From positions 5,508 through 69,507 of the forward strand of contig CAUJCN010000002.1 in assembly GCA_963169855.1 (NCBI GenBank): DNA of 64,000 bases. The letters run 5' to 3'. This stretch comes from Patescibacteria group bacterium (GTDB lineage: Bacteria > Patescibacteriota > Dojkabacteria > J137). Made by a program: the position numbers and the translations under genes. Every line of letters begins with the position of its first letter. The stretch's first letter is position 1. Below are positions 27,277 through 37,779 of the stretch, piece after piece. The notes under the pieces are model-generated. The model was not told the origin of the DNA, made no database searches, and was given only the letters and a program-made list of their open reading frames with translations.

Positions 27277-29667
27277 TTATAGAACTATATTTAGAATTTT
27301 ACCTTTAACGTAAACTATCTTCTTAGGTTCATTAGTAATGTATTTTGAAAGTCTTTCATCGGCTTTAACTAGGTTCATAGCTTCTTCTTCAGAGGCTTCA
27401 GGATTCACTACAACTAGTCCTCTACTCTTTCCATTAAACTGAACTGCTAGATTTACATCTTCTCTCAAGATTTTACTTTCATCGACTATCGGCCATGATT
27501 GTAAGTGTATAGACTCGCTGTGTCCAAAACTACTCCAAAGTTCTTCTGTAATAAATGGTGCGTATGGAGCAAGTAGTTTTAAGAAAATTTCAAACACGGA
27601 TTTTGATAAACTGGTTTCTTTTGCAGCGAAGTTTACAAATTCCATGAACTTAGCAATCGCTGTATTGAAGGCAAGACTTTCAGTATCTTTTTCAATTTTG
27701 CTTATTAGTTTATTAATTTCAGCTTCCTGTTTGGATGATTCGACATTATCCTGAACCTTTGCAGAAAGATCCCAAACTCTTGTTAAGAATCTAAATACTC
27801 CACTTTCTGAACTATCGTTCCATGGTTTTGGTTCTTCCAATGGTCCCATGAACATTTCGTACATTCTTACTGTATCTGCACTATATTTTTCTACTTCGTC
27901 GTTTGGATTAATCACGTTTCCCCATCGTTTGCTCATCTTTCTTCCATCTGGACCGGAAATAATTCCCATATGTCTAAGCTTTGCAAAAGGTTCATCGAAA
28001 GTTAAATATCCTTCGTCGAATAAGAATTTTGTAAAGAATCTAGCATACATTAAGTGAAGAACTGTGTGTTCAGCACCAATCATGTATAGATCTGCAGGAT
28101 TCCAGTAGTTTACATTTTCTTTTGTGAAGATTTCGTTGTCGTTACCGTTATCTGCATATCTTAAGAAATACCAGCTTGAGTCTACAAATGTATCCATTGT
28201 ATCTGGCTCAAAATACCAACCTTTTCCGTACTTTTCTTCAGCAAGTTTCTTAAATGACTCAGAGCCTTTGATTGGAGATTCACCTGTTGGCTTAAAGTCT
28301 ACATCTGTTGGTAATACTAATGGTAAATCCTTCTCGTCCATTGCATGAGGATTTCCTTCTGGATCATAAACAACTGGAATTGGGCATCCCCAGTATCTTT
28401 GTCTAGAAACTAACCAATCTCTTAATCTAAATGTAGTTTTTCTGAATCCAATTCCTTGTTCTTCAACCCAAGATTGCATTTTAGAAGTAGCTTCTTCTGA
28501 TGTTAATCCTGTAAATTCTCCAGAGTTGATTAAAGTCCCGTACTCTGTGAGCCGTTCGTTATCTTTCTTATTCTCTGCGGTAATAACTTCAATATTATTA
28601 ATTCCGTATTTTTCTGCGAACTCGCCGTCTCTTTCGTCGTGTGCTGGTACAGCCATAATTGCACCAGTTCCATAAGTATTTAGAACATAGTCTGCAACAA
28701 ACACTGGTATTTCCTCGTTGTTGAAAGGATTAACTGCTTTCACACCTTTGATTTCAACACCAGTTTTATCTTTCTGTGATTGTCTTTCTAATTCAGTTTT
28801 ATTTCTTGCGTTTTCTATATATGATTCAACTTCTTGAAGATTTGAAATTTGAGGTTTGAGATTTTGAATGATTTTATGTTCAGGTGCAACAACCAAGAAC
28901 GTACAACCAAAGATAGTATCTATTCTGGTAGTAAATATTTCAATTTGAGATTCGGAATTTGAGATCGGAAACTTAACATTTGTTCCCTCGCTTTGGCCAA
29001 TCCAGTGTCTTTGCACTGCTTTTGTACTTTCTGGCCAATCAACTCTATCTAAATCTTTAACTAAGCGTTCGGCATAGTCAGTAATTTTAAAGAACCATTG
29101 GTACATATCTTTCTTTTCTACCAATGTATCGCATCTTTCGCATCTACCATCTATTACTTGTTCTGCAGCTAAGACAGTCTGATCTTTAGGACACCAATTT
29201 ACAGGTGCGTTCTTTTTGTAAGCTAATCCTTTTTTGTACAATTGTAAGAAAATCCATTGAGTCCATTTATAGTAATCTGGTCTGTGTGCTCCTAGCTCTA
29301 AATTCCAGTCAACAGAGATTCCTAGTCTCTTAATCTGCTCTATGAAGTTCTTAACTGCTTTTTCTGTACTTTCTTGAGGGGGTACGCCAGTTTTAATTGC
29401 ATAATTTTCTGCAGGCAGTCCAAAAGAGTCCCAGCCCATAGGAATTAAAACGTTCTTTCCTTTCATTCGATTGTATCGTGCAGCAATATCGTTTGCTACC
29501 ATACCTTCTGCGTGACCAACGTGTAATCCATCTCCACTTGGGTAAGGAAACGAATAAAGTGAGTAGAATTTCTCTTTCCCAGATTCCTTTTTTGTTGTAT
29601 TCAGGTTTGTTTCTTCCCAATTCTTAATCCATTTATTTTCGATGTCTTTTGGCGTGTACCTGTTCAT
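27277..29667 (-). CDS. leuS: Leucine--tRNA ligase (full length, with CP1 editing domain)
   Basis: FPYPSG..HVGH, FTTRIDT, GTGAIMAVPAHDERD, DWLVSRQRYWG, KMSKR. Confidence 0.98.
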   Translation of the reverse strand: MNRYTPKDIENKWIKNWEETNLNTTKKESGKEKFYSLYSFPYPSGDGLHVGHAEGMVANDIAARYNRMKGKNVLIPMGWDSFGLPAENYAIKTGVPPQESTEKAVKNFIEQIKRLGISVDWNLELGAHRPDYYKWTQWIFLQLYKKGLAYKKNAPVNWCPKDQTVLAAEQVIDGRCERCDTLVEKKDMYQWFFKITDYAERLVKDLDRVDWPESTKAVQRHWIGQSEGTNVKFPISNSESQIEIFTTRIDTIFGCTFLVVAPEHKIIQNLKPQISNLQEVESYIENARNKTELERQSQKDKTGVEIKGVKAVNPFNNEEIPVFVADYVLNTYGTGAIMAVPAHDERDGEFAEKYGINNIEVITAENKKDNERLTEYGTLINSGEFTGLTSEEATSKMQSWVEEQGIGFRKTTFRLRDWLVSRQRYWGCPIPVVYDPEGNPHAMDEKDLPLVLPTDVDFKPTGESPIKGSESFKKLAEEKYGKGWYFEPDTMDTFVDSSWYFLRYADNGNDNEIFTKENVNYWNPADLYMIGAEHTVLHLMYARFFTKFLFDEGYLTFDEPFAKLRHMGIISGPDGRKMSKRWGNVINPNDEVEKYSADTVRMYEMFMGPLEEPKPWNDSSESGVFRFLTRVWDLSAKVQDNVESSKQEAEINKLISKIEKDTESLAFNTAIAKFMEFVNFAAKETSLSKSVFEIFLKLLAPYAPFITEELWSSFGHSESIHLQSWPIVDESKILREDVNLAVQFNGKSRGLVVVNPEASEEEAMNLVKADERLSKYITNEPKKIVYVKGKILNIVL

Positions 29668-29715
29668 ATAGAAATAGTGATAATTACCAGTAATGATAAC
29701 ACTTTCGGGCTATAG

Positions 29716-29743
29716 AAAAAACACGGGATTTAGTTATCCCGTG
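29716..29743 (-). terminator. Intrinsic terminator
   Basis: A6-CACGGGAT-loop-ATCCCGTG immediately after the stop at 29749. Confidence 0.7.
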
Positions 29744-29748
29744 CTCAA

Positions 29749-30441
29749 TTACATATCTACAGATTCCTCTTCGTAATGCATGCTTACACCAGAATTTGAG
29801 CTCAAGTCAAACTGTACAAGTTCCTTCGCTCCAAAACCACCGTCTCCACCCATACACTCAACTGTTATGTGTGGATTTGAGTTAAGTTCAACCACTCTGT
29901 TACAAATTCCGTAAGGTAAAACGTATTCTGTTTGGTAGTAAGCTTGTTCAAAATCTCCACCATCCATAAATCCAACCCCGTAACCTACTGGAACAACGCA
30001 GTTCTCTAGACAAGATACATAGACATAAAATTGTGAAGAAATTACACTTTCAGGTGCATTTGTTTCGCATTTCATTAAGCCTCGAACTGTCTGACCAGCA
30101 AATCCTGCTTCAATAATTAAATCTTGAGCCATTGAGTCTAGTGCCAAAACTTGATTGTCGTTGTTTACATAATCATCGTTTTCGTAGCTTTGAGTATAGA
30201 AATCTCCGCAAGCAACTGTGTATCTAGCGAATACGTTTTCATCAGGAACCTCATCACCAGAATTGTTATCGTTTGGAGTTTCGTCGTTGGAGGTATCGTT
30301 ATTGTCTCTATCAACTTCAACTATAACTTCCTTAACCATTGGGAATAACCTTGCTCCAAAGAAGACTCCTAAGAAGAAAAGGAATAGTCCAATAAATACA
30401 GCGAGGATAACTCGAAGAACCTTAACTAGAGTTGGATTCAT
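29749..30441 (-). CDS. Hypothetical TM-anchored extracellular protein
   Basis: N-terminal TM, D/N-rich linker, Cys-containing domain; ATG at 30441 preferred. Confidence 0.7.
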   Translation of the reverse strand: MNPTLVKVLRVILAVFIGLFLFFLGVFFGARLFPMVKEVIVEVDRDNNDTSNDETPNDNNSGDEVPDENVFARYTVACGDFYTQSYENDDYVNNDNQVLALDSMAQDLIIEAGFAGQTVRGLMKCETNAPESVISSQFYVYVSCLENCVVPVGYGVGFMDGGDFEQAYYQTEYVLPYGICNRVVELNSNPHITVECMGGDGGFGAKELVQFDLSSNSGVSMHYEEESVDM

Positions 30442-30479
30442 AGAATGTAAATAATAATTATAAAGTGATTGGACATGTA

Positions 30480-30677
30480 CTATCTGCAAATTCCCAGTGG
30501 ATCTTCGCTAGGTTTCATTCCTTGCTCTGCGATTCCATAACAATAACTAGATTTGAACGAGGATTGGAACGTTGAATTATTCCACAAAACTACTGCTGTA
30601 ATAATAAAGCAACAGAAACAAAGCATGCAAAGTAAAAGCATTCCTGTGATTAATCCAAGAAAGAATTTTCCATTCAT
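30480..30677 (-). CDS. Small Cys-rich membrane protein
   Basis: TM helix with CMLCFCC. Confidence 0.55.
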   Translation of the reverse strand: MNGKFFLGLITGMLLLCMLCFCCFIITAVVLWNNSTFQSSFKSSYCYGIAEQGMKPSEDPLGICR

Positions 30678-30778
30678 TAATTTTGAGATAATAAGTATAT
30701 CTAGTATCATTATACTGAAAATTAAAACTAATATCTAAATTCAGATCTCGAAAATTTTGAACAACAATTTATAATTTT

Positions 30779-32074
30779 ATGTTTAAATGTACAAACTGCA
30801 GTAAAGAATACTCAAAGTGGCAAGGTAGATGCGATGCATGTCAGGAATGGGGAACTATTCAAGAATCTTCTTCAAAGTCCGAAAGTAGTGTTGTTAGATC
30901 AAGAGGAAAGAAAGAAACTAAAGTAACTAGAGAAATTAAAAGATTCGAATTTAAAGAAGGAAGTTTCGAATCAATTCAAACTGGAATAGCCGAATTGGAT
31001 AATTCATTAGGAGGCAGACTCGTTCGTGGCCAAGTTCTTCTTCTATCTGGTTCACCTGGAATTGGAAAATCAACGTTGTCTTCTCAACTTGCGGATAAAC
31101 TTTCTGAGCAAAAATATAACGTTACTTACATTTGTGGAGAAGAATCTCCTGAACAGATTTACCAAAGGCTTAAAAGACTAAAGCTAAAAGCAACCAACGT
31201 CGACTTCATTCAGGAATACGAGATTAACCATATTTCGAGTTACATTGAAGAAAACAAAGACAAGATTGATGTTCTAATTGTCGATTCGATTCAAACAGTT
31301 TACAGCGAAGGACTGACTTCGATGCAAGGATCAGTTTCTCAAGTTAGTGAGTGTACAAGCATGCTTACTAATCTTTCGAAAGCTTTTGGAATTACTACAG
31401 TAATCATTGGACACGTCACAAAGTCTGGGGAAATCGCTGGACCAAAGTTGCTAGAACACATTGTAGACACTGTAATGTATTTCGAAGGTGATAAAACTTC
31501 AGATTTAAGAATTCTAAAAGTAGAGAAAAATAGATTTGGTCCAACAGACGAAGTTGGTCTTTTCCAAATGACTGAAAATGGACTAAAAGAATTAATGGAT
31601 ACTAAAGATTTGTTCAGTAAAGACAAGCCAGAAAGCGAGGGTTCAGCTTATTCAATGGTTTTAGAAGGTAACAGAGCTTTTGTTATCGAAGTACAAGCAT
31701 TAGCTACAAAAACATATTTCAGTAATCCAAGAAGAGCATGTTCAGGATACGATTTAAACAGACTATATATTCTTTTGGCGGTGATCGATAAGAATCTGCG
31801 ATTAACTACTGGTGAATATGATATTTACGTAAATATTACTGGAGGATTAAAAACTTCCGACAGAGCTTTAGACTTGGCTATTATCAAAGCCATTGTTTCT
31901 TCAATCAAAAGTCAGAAAATCAAAAATGATACAGTAACTTTTGGAGAAGTTGGACTCACAGGAGAAATTAGAAAAGTATTACTGCAAGATAAGCGAGAAA
32001 AAGAAGCAAAGAGAATGGGATTTGCAAAGATTGAAACAATGAAAAATGTTAAGAAGTTGAGCGATATTCTTTAG
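30779..32074 (+). CDS. radA: DNA repair protein RadA/Sms
   Basis: C4 Zn finger, GSPGIGKS, VDSIQT, KNRFG, GEVGLTGE. Confidence 0.97.
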   Translation: MFKCTNCSKEYSKWQGRCDACQEWGTIQESSSKSESSVVRSRGKKETKVTREIKRFEFKEGSFESIQTGIAELDNSLGGRLVRGQVLLLSGSPGIGKSTLSSQLADKLSEQKYNVTYICGEESPEQIYQRLKRLKLKATNVDFIQEYEINHISSYIEENKDKIDVLIVDSIQTVYSEGLTSMQGSVSQVSECTSMLTNLSKAFGITTVIIGHVTKSGEIAGPKLLEHIVDTVMYFEGDKTSDLRILKVEKNRFGPTDEVGLFQMTENGLKELMDTKDLFSKDKPESEGSAYSMVLEGNRAFVIEVQALATKTYFSNPRRACSGYDLNRLYILLAVIDKNLRLTTGEYDIYVNITGGLKTSDRALDLAIIKAIVSSIKSQKIKNDTVTFGEVGLTGEIRKVLLQDKREKEAKRMGFAKIETMKNVKKLSDIL

Positions 32075-32081
32075 TCAAATT

Positions 32082-32120
32082 GTCATATTGAGCTTGTCGA
32101 AATATGAACTCACCATGACA
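32082..32120. repeat. REP-like palindrome, family A, plus a half copy between convergent genes
   Basis: GTCATATTGAGCTTGTCGAAATATG followed by CTCACCATGACA. Confidence 0.7.
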
Positions 32121-32129
32121 GCAGTTGAT

Positions 32130-32834
32130 TTACTCCAGTGAGATTCCTTTGTTTGTAGCAAAATTTCGTAGCTCTGTCATAAGGCTTCTAACTCTGTAAC
32201 CCCACTGATGACATTCAGGATCTGGTCCACAGAAGACTCTTTCCATTAAAGCTGGTTCTAACATGTAACGAATTCCGTATTGTTGAACCAAAACACGAGT
32301 AACTGTAAAAATACCTTCTCCAATATCGTTAAAGTGAACTCTGTATTCTCCACCACCACCCCAGCCCCAGCAATTATTCATTTCGTAAGAATTTGGATAT
32401 TTGCACAAATCTGTTTCGTGTTTTGCAATTGCAACCACAGTTACACATTCTCTTGGAGCACCATACGCATCGCATGCGGCTGCAAAAAGATCTCCTGTTC
32501 CATACAATGGTGAATTGTTTTCTTGAAAATACAAATCAAAAAGGTAGCCTCTTCTGTCAGACAAAGTAGAAGCCGAGTTAAATTGATAGTTCTGATCGTC
32601 AAATTTGTTTAACTTAGGAGCTTCTGATGTAACTGTGTAAGAAACAAAATTGTATTCTGATTCCGTCGAAATATCTGCCTGTACAATTCCAATGCTTCCT
32701 TTGCCGTAACTAATTAATAGCAAAAAAGTAACTGCGAGAGTTAGTAGGAAAACAGGAAAGACAATCTTAATCAATAATCCAGTTATGTTCCTGTTTGAAG
32801 AGAATTTAGTTTTATATGCCCGTACTTCAGCCAT
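32130..32834 (-). CDS. TM-anchored lysozyme-fold / glucosaminidase-like protein
   Basis: VVAIAKHET, NNCWGWG, F.DIGEGI pattern. Confidence 0.65.
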   Translation of the reverse strand: MAEVRAYKTKFSSNRNITGLLIKIVFPVFLLTLAVTFLLLISYGKGSIGIVQADISTESEYNFVSYTVTSEAPKLNKFDDQNYQFNSASTLSDRRGYLFDLYFQENNSPLYGTGDLFAAACDAYGAPRECVTVVAIAKHETDLCKYPNSYEMNNCWGWGGGGEYRVHFNDIGEGIFTVTRVLVQQYGIRYMLEPALMERVFCGPDPECHQWGYRVRSLMTELRNFATNKGISLE

Positions 32835-32871
32835 TGGTTAAAAAAGTGCTATACAATACAGGATAAACTAA

Positions 32872-34317
32872 TCAGTCAATGTTTGTAAACTGCTTAGCAG
32901 CTTGGAAGATTTTCGATTCTGAGAATTTACTACCAATAAGCTGAATTCCTACAGGTAATCCATTCGAATCATTTCCAACTGGGATGCTTAAAGCAGGGTT
33001 ACCTGTAATATTAGCAGTAACTGTAAATATATCTACTAGATACATTTGCACAGGATCATCCATTTTCTCACCCAATTTGAATGCCGAAACTGGTGAAACT
33101 GGAGATAAGATGAAATCAAATTTACCCAAAACTTCTTCGAATTCTTTTGCTATCTTAGCTCGGACTAAACTTGCTTGTTTGTAATATTTATCGGAATAAC
33201 CTTTACTTAAAGCATAAGTTCCAACAAGGATTCTTCGCTTAACTTCATCTTCAAAGTACCTACTTCTTGATCCAAATAAGTTTTCTTCGTAATTATCGGA
33301 AACCTTTTTTCCGTATCTAACTCCATCATATCTTGCTCTGTTCGAAGAAATTTCTGCTGGGACAAGAATGTAATAGACAGCAAGTGCATGTTTAGCTGAT
33401 GGCAATGAGCACTCTTCTAATTCAAAGTTTGGATTCTTTCTTAATTTTTCAATAAATGCGTCCAATTGTGACTTAACATCAGCGGAAATGTCCTCAGTAA
33501 AAAACTCCTTTGGGATAGCAATTTTAATCTTTTGATCTTTGAGTTTTGAATTTTCTGAAGTTTTGTATAAAACTTCAGCAGTTGTAGCATCGTTCACATC
33601 TTTTCCAGCCATTATTTCTTCTAAAACTTCCATGTCCTCAATAATTCTTGTAAAGAATCCAGGTGTATCGAATGAAGAACCCATAGCGCCAATTCCAAAT
33701 CTAGAATTTCTTCCATATGTTGGTTTAAGACCATACAATCCGCAGAAAGATGCTGGTAATCTCACTGATCCTCCAGTGTCAGTTCCTAAAGCAAAAAATC
33801 CAACTCCAGCTAGTAATGATGCTGCTGAACCCGAGCTTGAGCCTCCTGGTGTTCTTGTAAAGTCCATAGGATGCTTAGTAGCTCCGTATCCAGAATTCTC
33901 CCCGCTTCCTCCAAATCCCCAAGGATCTGAGTTACATTTCCCAACCAGAATAGCACCTTCATTTAAGCATTTTTGAGCCACAGTCGATGTGTATGGTGCG
34001 ACAAAGTCCTCCATAAACTTAGATGAGAAAGTTGTTCTTGTTCCTTCAACCAAATATAAATCCTTAACAGTGAAAGGAATTCCTAATAATTTCTTACTCA
34101 TTACTTCGGGATCCTTAGTTTCAATCTTTCTATCTAATTCTTCAGCTTGTGCAATTGCATCATCCAAGATTGTTATAAATGCATTAATTTGTGGGTTAAT
34201 TGAATGTGCTCTTTCTAGATGTTCTCTTACCAATTCTACAACTTTTATCTCTCCTGACTTAACTTTTTCAACTGTTTCCAGCATTCCCGGGATTGTAGGT
34301 ATTTCTAATGAATTCAT
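32872..34317 (-). CDS. gatA: Asp/Glu-tRNA amidotransferase subunit A
   Basis: VKD, PGGSSSGSA, GTDTGGSVRLPA, RYDGVRYG, EVKRRILVG. Confidence 0.95.
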   Translation of the reverse strand: MNSLEIPTIPGMLETVEKVKSGEIKVVELVREHLERAHSINPQINAFITILDDAIAQAEELDRKIETKDPEVMSKKLLGIPFTVKDLYLVEGTRTTFSSKFMEDFVAPYTSTVAQKCLNEGAILVGKCNSDPWGFGGSGENSGYGATKHPMDFTRTPGGSSSGSAASLLAGVGFFALGTDTGGSVRLPASFCGLYGLKPTYGRNSRFGIGAMGSSFDTPGFFTRIIEDMEVLEEIMAGKDVNDATTAEVLYKTSENSKLKDQKIKIAIPKEFFTEDISADVKSQLDAFIEKLRKNPNFELEECSLPSAKHALAVYYILVPAEISSNRARYDGVRYGKKVSDNYEENLFGSRSRYFEDEVKRRILVGTYALSKGYSDKYYKQASLVRAKIAKEFEEVLGKFDFILSPVSPVSAFKLGEKMDDPVQMYLVDIFTVTANITGNPALSIPVGNDSNGLPVGIQLIGSKFSESKIFQAAKQFTNID

Positions 34318-34319
34318 AA

Positions 34320-35171
34320 TTATGTATCTATGTATACTCCTTTATCATAACATCCTATCACTCTAAAATCTTTAGCGTATGTTTTCATTTCTTCTAAAGC
34401 CTCCTGCATTTCCTTACTATTAACGTCACCTCTTATATCCATATAGAATGTAAATTCCCAGTGTGTATTAATAATTGGACGACTTTCTATTTTCACTAAA
34501 GCTAAATCTCTATTAGCAAAAGCTCCTAAGCACTTATATAAACTTCCTGACTCTTCACCAAGTTGAAACTGAATTGTTGTCTTAGGTTTTTCAAACTGAA
34601 TTGATTTATCCAACGAAGCTTTAGCATAGTTGGACTTTCGTAAAGCGAAGAATCTAGTGTAGTTATTTTTATTTTCATGAATGTCTTCTTGGAGAATTTT
34701 CATTCCATAGATGTTAGCTGCAAACTTACTTGCAACTGCTGCCTTACTATTAACCTTAGAATCTTTTACCATTTTTACAGCACCTGCAGTATCTGGAAAT
34801 TCAATAGCTTTTATTTGTCTATTTTCTTCTAGAAACTTTGAAATCTGTCCTAACCCAACTGGATGAGAATACAACTCAGCTATATCTTCAAATTTACTTT
34901 CTGGTTGCCCAATTAAATGAAATTTAATCTTTAGATAAATTTCCTTAAATACTTCAAAGTCATTAGATCCTAGTAAATCATAATTCTGGAAAATTGAACC
35001 GTATGTTGAGTTCTCAATTGGAATAACAATAATCTCGGTTCGGTCGTTGCGTAAATCATCAAAGACTTCTTTGAAAGAGTCTCGTTCAATAAGTTCAATT
35101 CCAGAACCGAATAGAGTTGTCGATGCAATGTGGGAAAAAGAACCAATGTTACCTTGAATTGAGACTTTCAT
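34320..35171 (-). CDS. pheA: Prephenate dehydratase (PDT plus ACT domain)
   Basis: PIENSTYGS, SHP, NYTRF, KIESRP. Confidence 0.92.
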   Translation of the reverse strand: MKVSIQGNIGSFSHIASTTLFGSGIELIERDSFKEVFDDLRNDRTEIIVIPIENSTYGSIFQNYDLLGSNDFEVFKEIYLKIKFHLIGQPESKFEDIAELYSHPVGLGQISKFLEENRQIKAIEFPDTAGAVKMVKDSKVNSKAAVASKFAANIYGMKILQEDIHENKNNYTRFFALRKSNYAKASLDKSIQFEKPKTTIQFQLGEESGSLYKCLGAFANRDLALVKIESRPIINTHWEFTFYMDIRGDVNSKEMQEALEEMKTYAKDFRVIGCYDKGVYIDT

Positions 35172-35175
35172 GAAT

Positions 35176-36498
35176 CTATGGTCTCTTCAAAATTGTTGTT
35201 CTTGGGAATGGAATTGTTTCTCTAATATGGTGAACACCAGATAACCACCTAACCATTCTTTCTAAACCTAAACCGTATCCTGCATGAGGAACGCTTCCGA
35301 ACTTTCGAACGTTTAAATACCATTCGTAGTCTTCCAATTTATAACCTCTATTTACTAATTCAGAGTATAGAGTCTGATAATCGTCTTCTCTTTGACTTCC
35401 ACCAATAATTTCTCTAGCCTCCTCTGGAGCAATTAAGTCCGCATTCCTAGCTCTTTCCATGCCTCTTTCATCTGTGTATCGCTTCATATAGAAAGCTTTT
35501 ACAGCAAATGGATAGTCTTCAATAAACACTGGGATTTGGTAATGATTTCCAATAGCGATTTCTTCCTCAGTTGTCATGTCATCGTTGTAATCTACAGTCA
35601 TTCCTTTCTCAGTTTCTAGGAATTTCTTTGCATCGTAATGCTTCATTCTAATAAATTTTTCATTTACACATCTTTCTAATATTGCTGTATCTCTTTCTAA
35701 TACCTTAAGTTCTTCTTTGCAGTTTTCTAGTGTATCTTTAATGATTCTTTTTACCATTCTTTCCTGAACGTCTTCGTTCATATCTTGATCGTAAAATGCC
35801 ATTTCTGCATCCATCATCCAGAATTCCGACAAGTGGTTTCTAGTCTTACTCTTTTCAGCTCTGAAGACGGGACCAAAATCGTAAGCCTTCCCTAATCCCA
35901 TAATTCCAGCTTCTAAATAAAGCTGACCAGATTGAGTTAGGTACATTTTATCTTCGTAGTAATCTAGTTCAAAAAGCTGACTTGTATCTTCGGCACTTGT
36001 TGGTTGTAGAATAGGAGTATCGAATCTAACAAAGCCTTCTTCGTAGAAAAAGTTAGTAACACTTCTGAAAACCTGGTCTCTAATTCTCAATACTGCCCAA
36101 GGGGTCTTAGATCTTAGATACAAATCTCTATTTTCGAACAGAAAGTCTGGACCATGTTCCTTATTACCGATTGGATACTCAGGAGCAATGCTTAATGGGT
36201 GAATTTCTGTTACTTGAAGTTCAAATTGTTCGAACTTTGGGTGCTTCGATACAATTCCTGAGATTTGAACAGATGACTCTATAGTTAAGCTCTCTGCATG
36301 ATTCCAAGTTTCTTCTGATACCTTAGATTTTTCTACAACGGCTTGTGTAAATCCAGAACCATCTCTTAATTGAATAAAAGCAATCTTACCAGAAGATCTA
36401 CTATTAAAAACCCAAGCTTCAACATTCACATTACTATTAACTTTGTACGAAAGGTCTTTTATTTGAGTTTTTTCTGCTTCTGGTAATATGTTTGACAT
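35176..36498 (-). CDS. asnS: Asparagine--tRNA ligase
   Basis: LRDGSG, YLTQSGQLYLE, FRAEKSKT..HLSEFWM, EIIGGSQRE, PHAGYGLGLER. Confidence 0.93.
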   Translation of the reverse strand: MSNILPEAEKTQIKDLSYKVNSNVNVEAWVFNSRSSGKIAFIQLRDGSGFTQAVVEKSKVSEETWNHAESLTIESSVQISGIVSKHPKFEQFELQVTEIHPLSIAPEYPIGNKEHGPDFLFENRDLYLRSKTPWAVLRIRDQVFRSVTNFFYEEGFVRFDTPILQPTSAEDTSQLFELDYYEDKMYLTQSGQLYLEAGIMGLGKAYDFGPVFRAEKSKTRNHLSEFWMMDAEMAFYDQDMNEDVQERMVKRIIKDTLENCKEELKVLERDTAILERCVNEKFIRMKHYDAKKFLETEKGMTVDYNDDMTTEEEIAIGNHYQIPVFIEDYPFAVKAFYMKRYTDERGMERARNADLIAPEEAREIIGGSQREDDYQTLYSELVNRGYKLEDYEWYLNVRKFGSVPHAGYGLGLERMVRWLSGVHHIRETIPFPRTTILKRP

Positions 36499-36540
36499 AG
36501 TTCTTATTTAATATAAATTATTTTATCACTTATAAATTCA

Positions 36541-36777
36541 TTAAAGAATCTCGAGTTCTAGACTTCCTCCGTTAGAATTTCTAATCATTACTTTATGAGG
36601 ATTTTCTTGCCTTAGTTGAGATAAAATATCCTCTTCCATCTCAGCAAGGTAATTTTCTGGTCGCTTCCTGTTGGAAATTGTATAGACATAGTTTTTATGT
36701 AATTGAGAGGATTTTACAGCGAAAAGGTTTATGTGTAAAGGATTAAGCTCCGTTGAAAACCGAGAAATCAGTTTCAC
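36541..36777 (-). CDS. Hypothetical; may be the frameshifted 3' part of 36743-37402
   Basis: GTG start overlapping the upstream ORF by 35 nt. Confidence 0.35.
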   Translation of the reverse strand: MKLISRFSTELNPLHINLFAVKSSQLHKNYVYTISNRKRPENYLAEMEEDILSQLRQENPHKVMIRNSNGGSLELEIL

Positions 36778-37402
36778 TAAGTTTCTTTTTAACTAAATTC
36801 ATAAGTCTAGTTTTTTCTGATGAGTCCGTCATAGATTTAATTGCCTCAAAATATTGGTATAACTTTGGTCTATCGGTGTCTGGACTTCTTACAACGCTCA
36901 GTTTGTTAATCCAACCTTCTATTGTGCTTAGAAATTGGGTTGGAATTGCGCCCGAACCATCAGCATTAATATCACCTATAACAGTACTGACTATTCTTTC
37001 GGCATCTTTATTAATTCGGAAAAATGATGAGAAGATTCCACTCTTATATAAAGATAACCCTAATCTGAACTCGTCTTTCCAAGCGTCATCGACTAAATCA
37101 ATATCTATTCCAGCCATGTTCCAAATTTCTAATGTAATTTTAAGGAATTTTCTATACTGAAGAAACAAATTAACTATCGGATCACTTGAATCAGTGTTCT
37201 CTAACTTTCTAAGTTCTTTTTCCCATCCTTTTTCCTGATCGTGTTCTAACTGCTCAATTACTGCCTCAGTTCGTCTTACTTTAGCTTCGAGATCCTTTCT
37301 TATATGAGCCCACTCTTTGTGAGAAGTTGCGATAGACAAAACTAACAGTGGAAACTGTTCGTTTATCTCAAAAATTGTGGTTTTGTTCCTTATTGACTCC
37401 AA
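36743..37402 (-). CDS. Hypothetical protein
   Basis: 219-aa helical/coiled ORF. Confidence 0.6.
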   Translation of the reverse strand: MESIRNKTTIFEINEQFPLLVLSIATSHKEWAHIRKDLEAKVRRTEAVIEQLEHDQEKGWEKELRKLENTDSSDPIVNLFLQYRKFLKITLEIWNMAGIDIDLVDDAWKDEFRLGLSLYKSGIFSSFFRINKDAERIVSTVIGDINADGSGAIPTQFLSTIEGWINKLSVVRSPDTDRPKLYQYFEAIKSMTDSSEKTRLMNLVKKKLSETDFSVFNGA

Positions 37403-37732
37403 TTAATCTCTACCAAAAAAACTTAAAATTGATGATATTACGATTCCTAATACTCCAAATAAAGCTAGAGCTATTAGTGCAGCAGCATCAAAGAAACTTC
37501 CGTTGTAAGTTGTCGAAGGGAAAATACCTACGAAAGGTGCTACAAAGAAATCTGATGTTTGGTAAATCCAAGTAACAAATCCTGTATTTGCAACTCCTAA
37601 AAGTAGAAAAACGATTCTAACAGCGAGTAATAACATAATTAATCCGATTACTAGCCAAATCAAACTGCTGATCCTGCTTATTAATAATGAGAACGGATTG
37701 ATTCTCCTAACAATAACTGTTTTTTCTTCCAT
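37403..37732 (-). CDS. YggT family membrane protein
   Basis: WIYQTSDFFVAPFVGIFP between TM helices. Confidence 0.8.
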   Translation of the reverse strand: MEEKTVIVRRINPFSLLISRISSLIWLVIGLIMLLLAVRIVFLLLGVANTGFVTWIYQTSDFFVAPFVGIFPSTTYNGSFFDAAALIALALFGVLGIVISSILSFFGRD

Positions 37733-37779
37733 AAGATATATTTAACAATTAGAGTACCTTTATAGGTATTCTACTATAA